A stretch of DNA of 64,000 bases from Octopus vulgaris (taxonomy: Eukaryota), in contig OX597830.1 of NCBI GenBank assembly GCA_951406725.2, positions 56,668,001 through 56,732,000 on the forward strand. Direction: 5' to 3'. Of this stretch, positions 12,634 through 64,000 are shown piece after piece (positions within the stretch are counted from its first letter, which is position 1; each line of letters begins with the position of its first letter). Both the position numbers and the translations under genes were made by a program. Under the pieces are notes generated by a model. The model worked only from the letters and a program-made list of their open reading frames with translations. It was not told where the DNA came from and searched no databases.

Positions 12634-14432
12634 CAGTTGTGCATTATGTTCTTGAGCAAAACATTTCATTTCACATTGCTCCAGTTCACTCAGCCATAAA
12701 TGGGTAACCCTGCGAAAGATTAGTGTGCCATTCAGAGGAAGTATTGGCCTGCCCTCCCAACTAGTGGGGTGGAATCATTCAAAAGGAACCGCATTGTGAT
12801 GATGCACATATGTATCATAACTTTTAATTTTGGGGGCTTGTAGTGGAGTTCACACTGTTACAAGCATCAGGCCAAGTCATTGCTTTGAGGATACCCTCCT
12901 CTTTTTCTCTCCCATCAGTCATGAAGGTTCTATAAAAGTTCATTCACACTGCTCCCCACCCAGTTAGGTTATTAAAGAAAAATTTAAAACTCTATTTGTA
13001 TGAAGCTGGCAATTCACTCCATTGATAATACGAGCTTGTTTAGGAGCAATAGGCATATCATTTTACGTCTTAAATCACTTTGAGAGAGAAACTCTTAAAT
13101 AGCAATTGAGAGTCACCACCTTCTTGGAAATAAATGTTATTGTACAACATATATTGAGAGATATTTTGTTTGGAAACCAAAAATCTGCAAGTGTGTACAC
13201 ACACACACACACGCGCCACATAATATAGAAAAATTAATAAAAAGAAAATTCGCAGTTGTTACATTGTAACTAATCAGATTATTCCTAATACAGTATTACA
13301 CACTGGTTTCATTTCTAATAAAAGATAATCATTATAATGTTCATGTGTGAAGGCTGGTTGACAGTCTGTAGTTGGTATGTTTTAAACGAAGAGTTTGCAA
13401 ACGGCCATCACTCATATGCATTACGATGATAATCTACTGTTCAAAGTGAAACAAATATGTAATAATATATTCAGTTATGATTTGGTTAATTACAGTGAAA
13501 AAGGGATTGTTCTGTTTCTTTTTCTTTTCACACGCACACATACATACACGCACACACACACACACACAAATACATGCACACACACACACAGACATGCATG
13601 CACACAATCTCTCTCTCCCCCTCTCTCTTTCACTAATTAAGTTTTTTTGAGTGCTTGGCATTGAAGTGGGATTATGTATTGTGATACTGAATATGTTGGT
13701 GATGGGAATACTTAATTACCATTATTTAGATATGATTATTATTTTTATAAAAATTATTGGATTTCAGACATATGGAGACTAAACTTTTTAATGGAAAATT
13801 TGAAAATGTTTTCTAACTAATTGTTTATATTTATCTGTTTGTTTTTTTTTTTTCCATATTTCTTTTTCTCTTTCTTTCCCTTTATGTGGTGCTTTTAATG
13901 ATATAAAATTAATAAATGTGAACAAAGAACTTAATATATGAAGCAGAGTTAAATATTCACTTGTAGACTGTTTGCTAAGCCAGGTTTAACAAACCTTCAA
14001 AACTGCTCTGATGTTGTATGTGTGTGTGTATGTGTGTATGTATGTATGTATGTATGTATGTATGTATGTATTGAAACACGGAGTAGTTGAAACAGGGGCA
14101 ACTGAAGAAGGGGAATATTCCTTGTGTTGTATGTCTTGTACTCTGTTTTTTCATTGTTTGAAAAAAGTCCGTTTCCATGTTTTTGTTTTTATGTTTTTGT
14201 TTCTCCTTGTGTTCTATGTTTTTTTTGTTGTCCTGTACCCATATATGCATGTGTATATACATATAGATGTAGGTACGTACATATATGTATGTATATATGC
14301 ATATGTTTTATTTATTATTTTGTTATTATATATATATATATATATATAGTTGAAAAAAGATCAGAGATTATACAAATCAAATTTTTATATGTAAAAGATG
14401 GCGGTGGAAATAACACAGAAGTAAGTCTCTGA

Positions 14433-14888
14433 CATTTCAGTTTAAGAGGAAATTTAATAAAAGTGATTTTATAAATATATAATTAAAATATCTTCTCTGA
14501 CACCCCTTGGCAGACACATGGCCCCTTGCTGTTCAGAAAGGGTCGATGGGCCATGCTTTCATGACCCATATTCATACTGAAAATCTTGATTGAGTGAGCT
14601 TTTGCCCTTTTGCTTAACGTGTGGTTTCTGTCCACACTGAGTGCGCTTTGGGGTGCCTGCGTTACTGTTTGTCAGATGTACTGCACCAATTAAACTCCCT
14701 GACTGTCACTGTTCTCGACTAAGGGTTGCGTATCGGCTGTATCAGCACCTGCAAAGGTGCTCGACATGCACTGTGTGCTTCGCACCAGATAATGAATTAC
14801 CACTCGGCAGTCTGAGGTGTCAGAAAAGATATTTTTTTAATATAATTTTTTAAATCATTTCCATTAGATTCCCTCTTAAATTGGAATG
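14433..14888. mobile_element. element bounded by ~72-bp imperfect inverted repeats, carrying a 28S rRNA fragment
   Basis: 14433-14504 is the imperfect reverse complement of 14816-14888. Confidence 0.65.
14491..14725 (-). pseudogene. degenerate 28S rRNA fragment
   Basis: Plus strand catactgaaaatc..gagcttttgccctt..ggtttctgtcc..cctgcgttac.gtttg.cag.tgtac.gc.cca.t.aaactccc matches the reverse complement of a conserved 3' region of eukaryotic 28S rRNA, recognised from memory. Confidence 0.8.
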
Positions 14889-16460
14889 ATATAGAAAAAT
14901 TGATAAAAAGAAAATTCACAGTTATTACATTGTAGTTAAATCAGATTATTCCAAATACAGTATTACACACTGGTTTCAATTCTAATAAAACATAATCATT
15001 ATAATGTTCATGTGTGAGGGTTGGTTGAGTCTGTAGTTGGTATGTTTTAACTGAAGGGTTTGCGAATGGCTATCACTCATATGCATTGCAATGATACTTT
15101 ACGGGGTTCGAAAGGAAACAAATATGTAATAATATGTTCTGTTATGATATGGTTAATTACGATGAAAAAGGGATTGTTCTGTTTCTTTTTCTTTTCACAC
15201 AAACACACACACACACATACACACATGCTTACAGTCTGTCTCTCTCCCCTCTCTCTCTCTCTTTCGCAATTAAGTTTTTTTGAGTGCTTGGCATTATTCA
15301 AGTGGGATTTTGTACTGTGACACTGAATATGTTAGTGACACATCTACTTAATTACCATTATTTAGATATGATTATTGTTTTTATAAAGATTATTGGATTT
15401 CAGACATTTGGCGACTAAACTTTGTAATGGAAAATTTGAAAATGTTTTCTAACTAAATGTTTATATTTATCTGGAAAACAGACATATGATGATGATGATG
15501 ATATTCCCTACTGACATTTTTTTTAAAGTGTTTTATTGCAGAATGATATCCTCCGCAGTCTGAATAAATTAAGAAACGGAGGAATCCCTATTCGTATAGG
15601 TTCTCGGGGGAATCCCTATTTGTATAGGTTCTCTTCTAATTCAGTAGCGGTGTTTTGTTTTGTCTCTAAAAAACACATTTTCTATGTGTGCCTTCAATGG
15701 ATTAATTAATTATCTGAAATAGTTTGTTCCTTCCACTAGTAACATCTGTTGCTATAAACCGACTGCTAATTAGTTTCGCCTCTGATATTTCTCGATGTTA
15801 TTTATAAAAACAACAAATATTTAGGCATTACCACCGTGTTTTGTGGTCTGCTACCACAACAGCTCCTTTATAGGATCCAGTTAGCTCAAGACATCATCAG
15901 GAGGAGCCATGTCTGGTTTCGGTCCCTACTCCTCTACTGTTTTGACGTGGCGCCCCACCCCTTTTTGGAGGTGTCTTCAGCTCTCTGGTGTTGGGTGCAT
16001 GTCTTCTTCTTTAGCCAGTGACTGACTGACTAGTCAAATTTTTCCCTTTAAATAAAAAAAAAAATGCCAAAATATAATTAAAATACTATGATAAAATTGT
16101 GTTTCGAAACACAACACCTTAGAGCAACCATTATTTTTGGAACAATCTAATAATTAAAACTTAGTAACAAAGTTAGTCTAATCCACTATGACCCTCCCCA
16201 TAAAATGTATGACTTTATGCCTATGTTAAAAATCATCATCATCATCATCGTCATTTTTATTTGCAATGTTTGTGAAACTGAAGACTTGGTGTTTTGATTT
16301 GCTTGTTTCTCATTCCTAACAATACAATGTCTCTTTATTCCTCTTTCTTTAATTACAGCTAACGAGGGGTGGGGAGTCTGAAAGACCTTCATGTATCTGC
16401 ATAAATCGTCATCTCTAACCATTCTTCGTATCTAACATAGATTAATTTTGTCTTTTGTAG

Positions 16461-57150
<40,690 letters not shown>

Positions 57151-57829
57151 GTAACTACGCATACCGATATATATAGACACATACACTCACACACACAAAG
57201 ATATACATATACACCACATACGCACACAAACATGAACTGCACCCATACAATGTACCATTCTTTTCACATTGATATTCTGTGCAATTATTTAATTATTTCA
57301 CTCCTGTTGTTCTCTGCATTTTATTTCATCAGCTGTACTCCTTGTTTCATCCGCTTGTCCTTACCTTTCTTTTACTTTTTGCATTCCCCCATTGACTCTA
57401 TTTTCTCTGTATCCCTCTGTCCATCATCTTTTTCTCTCTGCATACTCCACTTTAACTATATGCCCTCTTTATATCTCCATCTATACCGTATATTTTACTC
57501 TCCGCATCCCCATTCTATCCATTATCTATACTTGCCTTTTTTTCATCCAAGAGCCAGCCCCTTTTACCAACCCATCCTCTTTTACTCTCAGTGTACCTTA
57601 ATTACCTACGCTCTTTGTTTTCCCCACCCAACTCTTTTTCTTTGTATGAAGATTTTCAAATTTTTTCCTTTCCCCCTCATCAGTCTTGTATCCGTATGTC
57701 TTCAATTTATTCCATTTTCTCTGATTGTTTCTCTGCTTTGCATTGATTTCCCTTTGTCCTTGGGTTCCAAGAAAGAAAAATTGATTTCTGAAAGTTTATT
57801 ATTATTATTATTATTATTATTATTGTTAT

Positions 57830-58863
57830 TATTTCAAGGTCAATAAAATAAGTACCACTTGAACATAGGGGGGGTTGATGTAATTGAATTACCCACTTCC
57901 TTTAAATTACTGACCTTTCTGCCAAAATCTGAAATAAATATCATTAATTATGGCAGTAAGCTAGCAGAATAGTTAACATGCTGGATAAAGTGCTTGGTGA
58001 CATATTTTCCAGTTTTATGGTTTGAGTTCAAATGTTACCAAAGTTGACTTTGTCATTCATCTTTTCAAGGTTGATAAAATAAGTATCATTTGAGTGTCCA
58101 AGCAATTGACTAGCTCCTCCCCTTAAAACTTTTAGCCTTGTGCTTATAGTAGAAAGAATTATTATTATTATTAAGGCGTCAAGCTGGCAGAATTGTTAGC
58201 ATGCCGGGCAAAATGCTTCGTGGCATTTCATCTGTCTTTACGTCCTGATTCAAATTCTGCTGAGGTCGACTTTGCCTTTCATCTTTCTGGGGTTGATAAT
58301 TAAGTTCCAGCTGAGTACTGGGGTCAATGTAATCAACTTACCTGCTTTCCCAAAATTTCAGGCCTTGTGACTATAGTAGAAAGTCAATGAGCTGGCGGGA
58401 TCATTTGTATTTCATCCATCTCACAGTCTAAGTTCAAACTCCACTGAGAATGACTTTGCCTTTCATCTTTTTGGGGTCAGGAAACTAAGTACCAGATGAG
58501 CGGTGGGGTCAATTTAATTGACTTACCTCCTTCCCTGAACTTATTGGCCTTGTGCCAAAATTTGAAACCATTATTATTATTGATCGTTATCAACATCGCC
58601 TTACTGGCACCTGTGCTGGTGACATGTGTAAAAAGATTCAAGCAAGGTCGTTGCCAGTACCGCCTTACTGGCCCCTGTGCCAGTGGCACGTAAAAAGCAC
58701 CCACTACACTCTCGGAGTGGTTGGTGTTAGGAAGGGCATCCAGCTGTAGAAATTCTGCCAAATGAAGATTGGAGCCTGGTGCAGCCATCCGGTTCGCCAG
58801 CCCTCAGTCAAAATCGTCCAACCCATGCTAGCATGGAAAGCGGATGTTAAACGTTGATGATGA

Positions 58864-58909
<46 letters not shown>

Positions 58910-59352
58910 GGTGGCAAGCTGGCAGAATTGTTAGCACGTCAAGCAAAACATTTAGCAGTATTTCGTTGTCATTGCATTCTGAGTTCAAATGCCACTAGGA
59001 TCGGCTTTGCCTTTTGTCCTTTTGGAGTTTATGAAATAATTACAAGTTAAGCACTGGGATTAATGTCATTGACTAGCTCCCTCTGCAATATTTCATACCC
59101 AGTGCCTATAGTGGAAAGAATTGTTGTTGTTGTTATTATTATTATTAATAATAATAATAATAATGAAGATGGTGATCTTGCAGGATCATTAACATACCAT
59201 ACAAACTGCTGCGCAGCATTTCTTCCCGCTCTTTATATTCTGAGTTCAAATACAACCGAGGTCAGCTTTGCCTGTCATCCTTTCAAGATTGTTAAAGTAC
59301 CAGTCATATACCCAGGTTAATGTAATCGAGTTGCTAGCCTTGTCCCAAAATT

Positions 59353-59387
<35 letters not shown>

Positions 59388-59520
59388 TAGTAGTAGTACT
59401 ACTACTACTACTACGGTAGCAAGCTGGTAGAGTTGTAAGTACACCAGACGAAATACTTAATGGTGTTTCTTCTAGTTTTATGTTTCAAGTTCATATTCCA
59501 CCAAGAGTGAAATTTAGTTG
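57830..59520 (+). repeat. second cluster of SINE family A copies, with a family C copy at ~58580-58865
   Basis: Same consensus as the 39100 cluster. Confidence 0.8.
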
Positions 59521-60147
59521 ATGAATGCTGAAACTGAAAGAAAACCATGCAACATCTATATTCCTCCCTGTGCCTGTCAAATCTTTTGTCCCTGCCTTAC
59601 CAGCTTAATTTAATTTGTCCTTAGTCAAAAGACACCTGTTGTTATGTCCTGTTATTTGCATTTGTATTTGTGTAACATTTCTCCGTTTTTTTCCGTCCTT
59701 GTTTTCGTATACATTTGCTGCTTTCTGCCAAGGAATCTAATACTCTTAGCTTAGTGTTTCCTTGGGGCTGGCCAGATTGGAGCAATAATGAGTATAACCA
59801 GCTGAAATTGCAAAGATAATCTGGTACTCGACTGAGGAAAAAAAAACTCTGAATGACCCATCCTTGTTTTCTTTGTACCGACTGTCTGGATGTTTTGCGT
59901 TCTTATCCCATTTTTGTATTTTATATGTATATATATATTTTTATTGAAAGGCATCCAGCCATAGAAACCATGCCAAAGCAGACAATAAAGCATGATTTAG
60001 CCCTTGAACTCTTAGATCTTGTCAAACTGTTCAACCCATGTCAGCATGGAATGCAGCTGATAGTGTGTGTGCTTGTGTACACCTGTCTTCATGTTGTGTG
60101 ACAGTTGTAAAGAAGTGTGATCGTCATACAAGTGGTGTCAATTGTTC

Positions 60148-60800
60148 TCATTCATCATCATCAGCCTTTAATGTCTGTTGTCCATGCTGGCATAGGTTGG
60201 ATGGTTTGACCAGGGCTGGCAAGCTGAGGGGCTGCACCAGGCTCCAGTCTGATTTGACATGGTTTCTATGGCTGGTGCCTTTCCTAACGTCAACCACTCC
60301 AAGAGTGTAATAGGTGTTTTTACGTACCAGTGGCACAACACCAGTATCTGCCATGATTATGGCTTCACTTGGCTTGATGGTTCTTCTCAAGCACAGTATA
60401 TCACCAAAGGTCTTGGTCACTAGTCATTGCCTTCATGAGGCCAACATTTGAAGATCATGCTTCACCTCCTTGTCCCATGTCTTCTTGGGTTTACCTCTAC
60501 CGTAGTTTCCCTCCACAGTTAAAGATCAGCACTTCTTTACACAGCTGTCCTCATCCATGCACATCACATAGCCATACCAGTGCAGTCGTCTCTGTTGCAC
60601 ACCACATCTGATGCCTCTTATGCCTAGCCTTTCTCTCAAGATGCTACCCTCTGTTGTACATGCATACTGACATTGTACATCCAGCGAAGCATGCTAGCTT
60701 CATTTCTTTCAAGCCTATGCTTGTCCTTGGCGGCCACAGCCCATGTTTCACTGCTGTGTAGCATAGCTGTTCACACACAGGCATTATACAGTCTACCTTT
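60148..60800 (-). mobile_element. RTE-clade LINE 3' fragment with 3' UTR and (GAT)n tail
   Basis: Minus frames RLYNACV..MLHSSETWAV..RLERNEASMLRWM, RRLHWYGYV, GRGKPKKTW. Confidence 0.85.
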
Positions 60801-62084
60801 CCCATTCTTCTGTAAAAACTTGTCTGGCCATGAGGGAAGTATTTCCTAACTTGGAAACATGTGAAGTTTGGGAACAAGAAGAGCATCCAGCTAGAGGAAA
60901 TTCTGTCTTGATTAAAGATCCATCTTCTCCATGTAAGCTTTGGAAAAGTAGACATTCAAATGATGGCAATGATGGTGATGGTATACACACATACATACAT
61001 ACATTGAGAAGTGTTTTGCTCAAGAACACAACACATCGCCTGGTCCAGGAATTGAAACCTCAATCTTACAATTGTAATCTAACTCCCTAACCACTAAGCC
61101 ATGTGTCTCCACGCACTAGAAAAGACCTGGGCTAAACAAGTCACAAACTAGCCACTAATACTAATAAGTAGTAATAAGCAATTAGTAATAATTAATGTTA
61201 ATAACTCTATATTAAGGAATGTAGTTGTAAATACATCAAATAAAAGATGAAATGGTTGTAGCTGGAACATCTTTGATCACAGTTTTACTTGATCAGGACT
61301 CTACCTGGGGTTAAACAATATACAAATTATAGCCACTAATAGTAACTATTGAGCAGTAATAAATAATTAGTATTAATTAGTATTAATAAACCAGTTAGAT
61401 AATGTAGTCTTAAATACATTGAATAAAAGATGAAATGGTCATGGTTGGAACATCTTTGATCAGAGTTCCACTTGGTCACGACTGTTCCTGGGGCTAAAAC
61501 AACGACACCAATTCCCCTATTTCTTCTTTCTCTCTCTCTCTCTCTCTCCCTCTCCTCTGCTCCGCCCTTATCCACCCCAGGTCCCTGGGAAGAGTGGATA
61601 TGCAGCATGTTAAGAAAACATCCTCCTCGGCTTTGTGTTTTTCAGAATTGTCCTCTTCTTCTGTTTAATGAAACCCAAGAACAGGTGGGTGAGCTTTCTC
61701 TACCTTCTAGCACTGACTGCATCCTTGGCATTTTTCTTTTTTGTTTTCAAGAATTTTGTATGTTTTTTTTATGATATGTTTTTGTTTGATTTTGATTGAT
61801 TTCTTTTTCATTTAGTTTATATTTTTTGTTAATTTTGTGTTTATTTTCATTATTTTGTTATTATTACTATTATGGTGGCAAGCTGGCAGAATAGTTAGCA
61901 TGCCGAGCAAGATGCTTAGCAGTATTTCTTCTGTTGCTACATTCTGAGTTCAAATTCCACTGATGTCAGCTTCACCTTTCATCCTTTCGGGTCAATAAAT
62001 TAAGTACCAGTCAAGTACTAGGGTTGGTATGATCGATTGCCTCCTCCCCACAAAAATCCAGGCCTTGTGCCTATAGTAGAAAGG

Positions 62085-62126
<42 letters not shown>

Positions 62127-64000
62127 GTGAGCTGGCAGAATTGTTTGCACATCGAACAAAATGCTTAGTAGGATTTCTTCCAGTTCTTTACATTCTGAGT
62201 TCAAATTCCACTGAGGCTGACTTTGCCATTTCATTTGTTTAGGGCTGATAAAATAAGTGCCTGTAAAGAACTTGAGTTGATGTAATCAGCTTGACCCCCC
62301 CTCCCCTCAAAATTGCTGGCCTTGTGCCAAAATCAGAAAAAAAAAAGGATTTTTATTAACATTAATGAATTTTATGAAGATTGACATAACTCTTCATGAA
62401 GATAAAAAGACCCAATAAGAAGAGCATTGTTCTGTCTAGAGAGGAGTGTGCTGGATGTTCTTGTTAAAATTTTGAATTTCTGCATTTCTATATATTTTTC
62501 AATAATAAATCTCTGAACGAGGTATAAACAGTAGCTGCACAACAATGTGAAGTATATTTACCACTTAAATGTGGCTAACCACTAAGGGTTGATGCTACTG
62601 TAGCTTGTAGCCCCAGGAGAACATCTTCTCCAGCTGGCTATTGACACACTTTCTGTGTCTTATCAGTATTTGCAAAGGGAAGCTATCCTTCCCATTGTTG
62701 ACCTGACGTTATATGCACGGACCCAGGTTTCATTTGTCCTTTTATACTCACGGACACACAGACAGACATACTGTCAAAATATTGTTCAGTTCAATAAACT
62801 TACTGCCTTGTGCTCTTCTTATTGTGTATTAACATTATTCATCATCATCATCATCTTCATTTAGTGTCTGTTTTCGATGCTCACATGGGTTAGATGGTTG
62901 GCTAGAACTGGTAAGATTGAGAGCTGCACGAGGCTCCCTTCTGTTTTGGTTTGGTTTCTATGGCTGGATGCCCTTCCTAATGCCAACCACTCCATAGTGT
63001 CTGCTGAGTGTCTTTTATGTGTCACCAGCATGACTGCCGTTAACATGTTACCAACACAGGTGCCTTTAACATGTCACCAGCCTGGGTGCCTTTTTTTTCT
63101 GATTCCAGCACAAACCAGCAATTTTGAAGGGAGCAGGTAAGTCAATTATATCACTCAAAGGCCACGTTGACATCAACAGAATTTGAACTCTGAAAATAAA
63201 GACCTGCAAAAAATATTAATTTCTTTACTACCCGCAAGGGGCTAAACACAGAGGGGACAAACAAGGACAGACAAACGGATTAAGTCGATTACATCGACCC
63301 AGTGTGTAACTGGTACTTAATTTATCGACCCCGAAAGGCAAAGTTGACTTCGGTGGAATTTGAACTCAGAACGTAACGGCAGACGAAATATGGCTACGCA
63401 TTTCGACCTGGAAGAAATATTGCTAAGAATTTACTGTAGCACAGTCGTGATTCTACCAGCTTGTTGCCTTCTTATTAATAATGATAATATTATTAACATT
63501 TTTTTTATTATCATTATTTTATTTGATATGTTTATTTATTTAGTTTTTGGTTTCGGCATCTACAGGCATGGTTCAAGTACTTTGCATGCTTTTTCTAGCA
63601 TTTTGTCAAATTTTTTCTATAAATATGTGTACATGCATGTGTGTTTGTGCGAGTATCTATGTATGTTAACATATTCAAATATATGTGTATGTATGTGTGT
63701 ATATGAAAATGTTTTATTTTAATATTTTCTACATGTATTGAAAACACAACTGCCTTTCTTTCTTTCTTGAACTTTTTAATCAAGTTATTTTTTTCCATAT
63801 TTTTGTAAGAATTCCTTGTAGCTATTTTTGAACCTTAAAGCTCCTTGATTCATCAGCAATGTATCATGCCATACAACACAAAAACAAAAACAAAAACAAA
63901 ATAAGAATGCCATTTGTGGACAATATGTCTATATTCTATACAGTTAGATTGGTTACTACAATTAGATTGTTAGAGGTAGGTGACACAGTTGGATGGGAGG

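Larger units (their letters stand above)
13223..15473. repeat. ~600-bp local direct duplication (13223-13837 and 14889-15473)
   Basis: Colinear from atatagaaaaatt to tttatatttatctg with scattered differences. Confidence 0.9.

Noticed and set aside
14072-14125. Permuted hammerhead (GAAAC..GTA..CTGAAGA)
   Set aside because: The stem I register does not pair correctly and no GAAA follows stem II
14491-14725. Functional rRNA gene
   Set aside because: Only ~230 nt, heavily substituted, with no other rDNA nearby
16359-16392. Small exon just upstream of 16461
   Set aside because: Good acceptor, but no donor gives a stop-free phase-0 join to EWSLRYF
63566-63600. Next ATPase exon after tacag
   Set aside because: The phase-0 frame hits a stop quickly and lacks the expected P-domain residues; the next conserved exon is probably beyond the window

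Overview
Eukaryotic, AT-rich, microsatellite-dense DNA. Its SINE/LINE repertoire points to an octopus (coleoid cephalopod) genome; this is inferred from repeat families, not from a database search. Most or all of the window lies inside one + strand gene encoding a P5B-type ATPase (ATP13A3/ATP13A2-like, putative polyamine transporter). I reconstruct 17 coding exons between 16461 and 57150 with canonical AG/GT ends and consistent phases, carrying the TGES, PPALP, DKTGT, KGAPE and TGD motifs. The start codon and the C-terminal half are not identifiable here. Two of the exons (45683-45874 and 49923-50021) are paralogous copies of the same N-domain segment and look mutually exclusive. The introns hold at least four SINE families, Dong/R4, CR1 and RTE LINE fragments, a mariner fragment, Tc1- and piggyBac-type MITEs and local duplications. 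They also hold an apparently intact type I hammerhead ribozyme plus degenerate relatives, and an inverted-repeat-bounded element carrying a 28S rRNA fragment. Almost all supplied ORFs are microsatellite or repeat artefacts.
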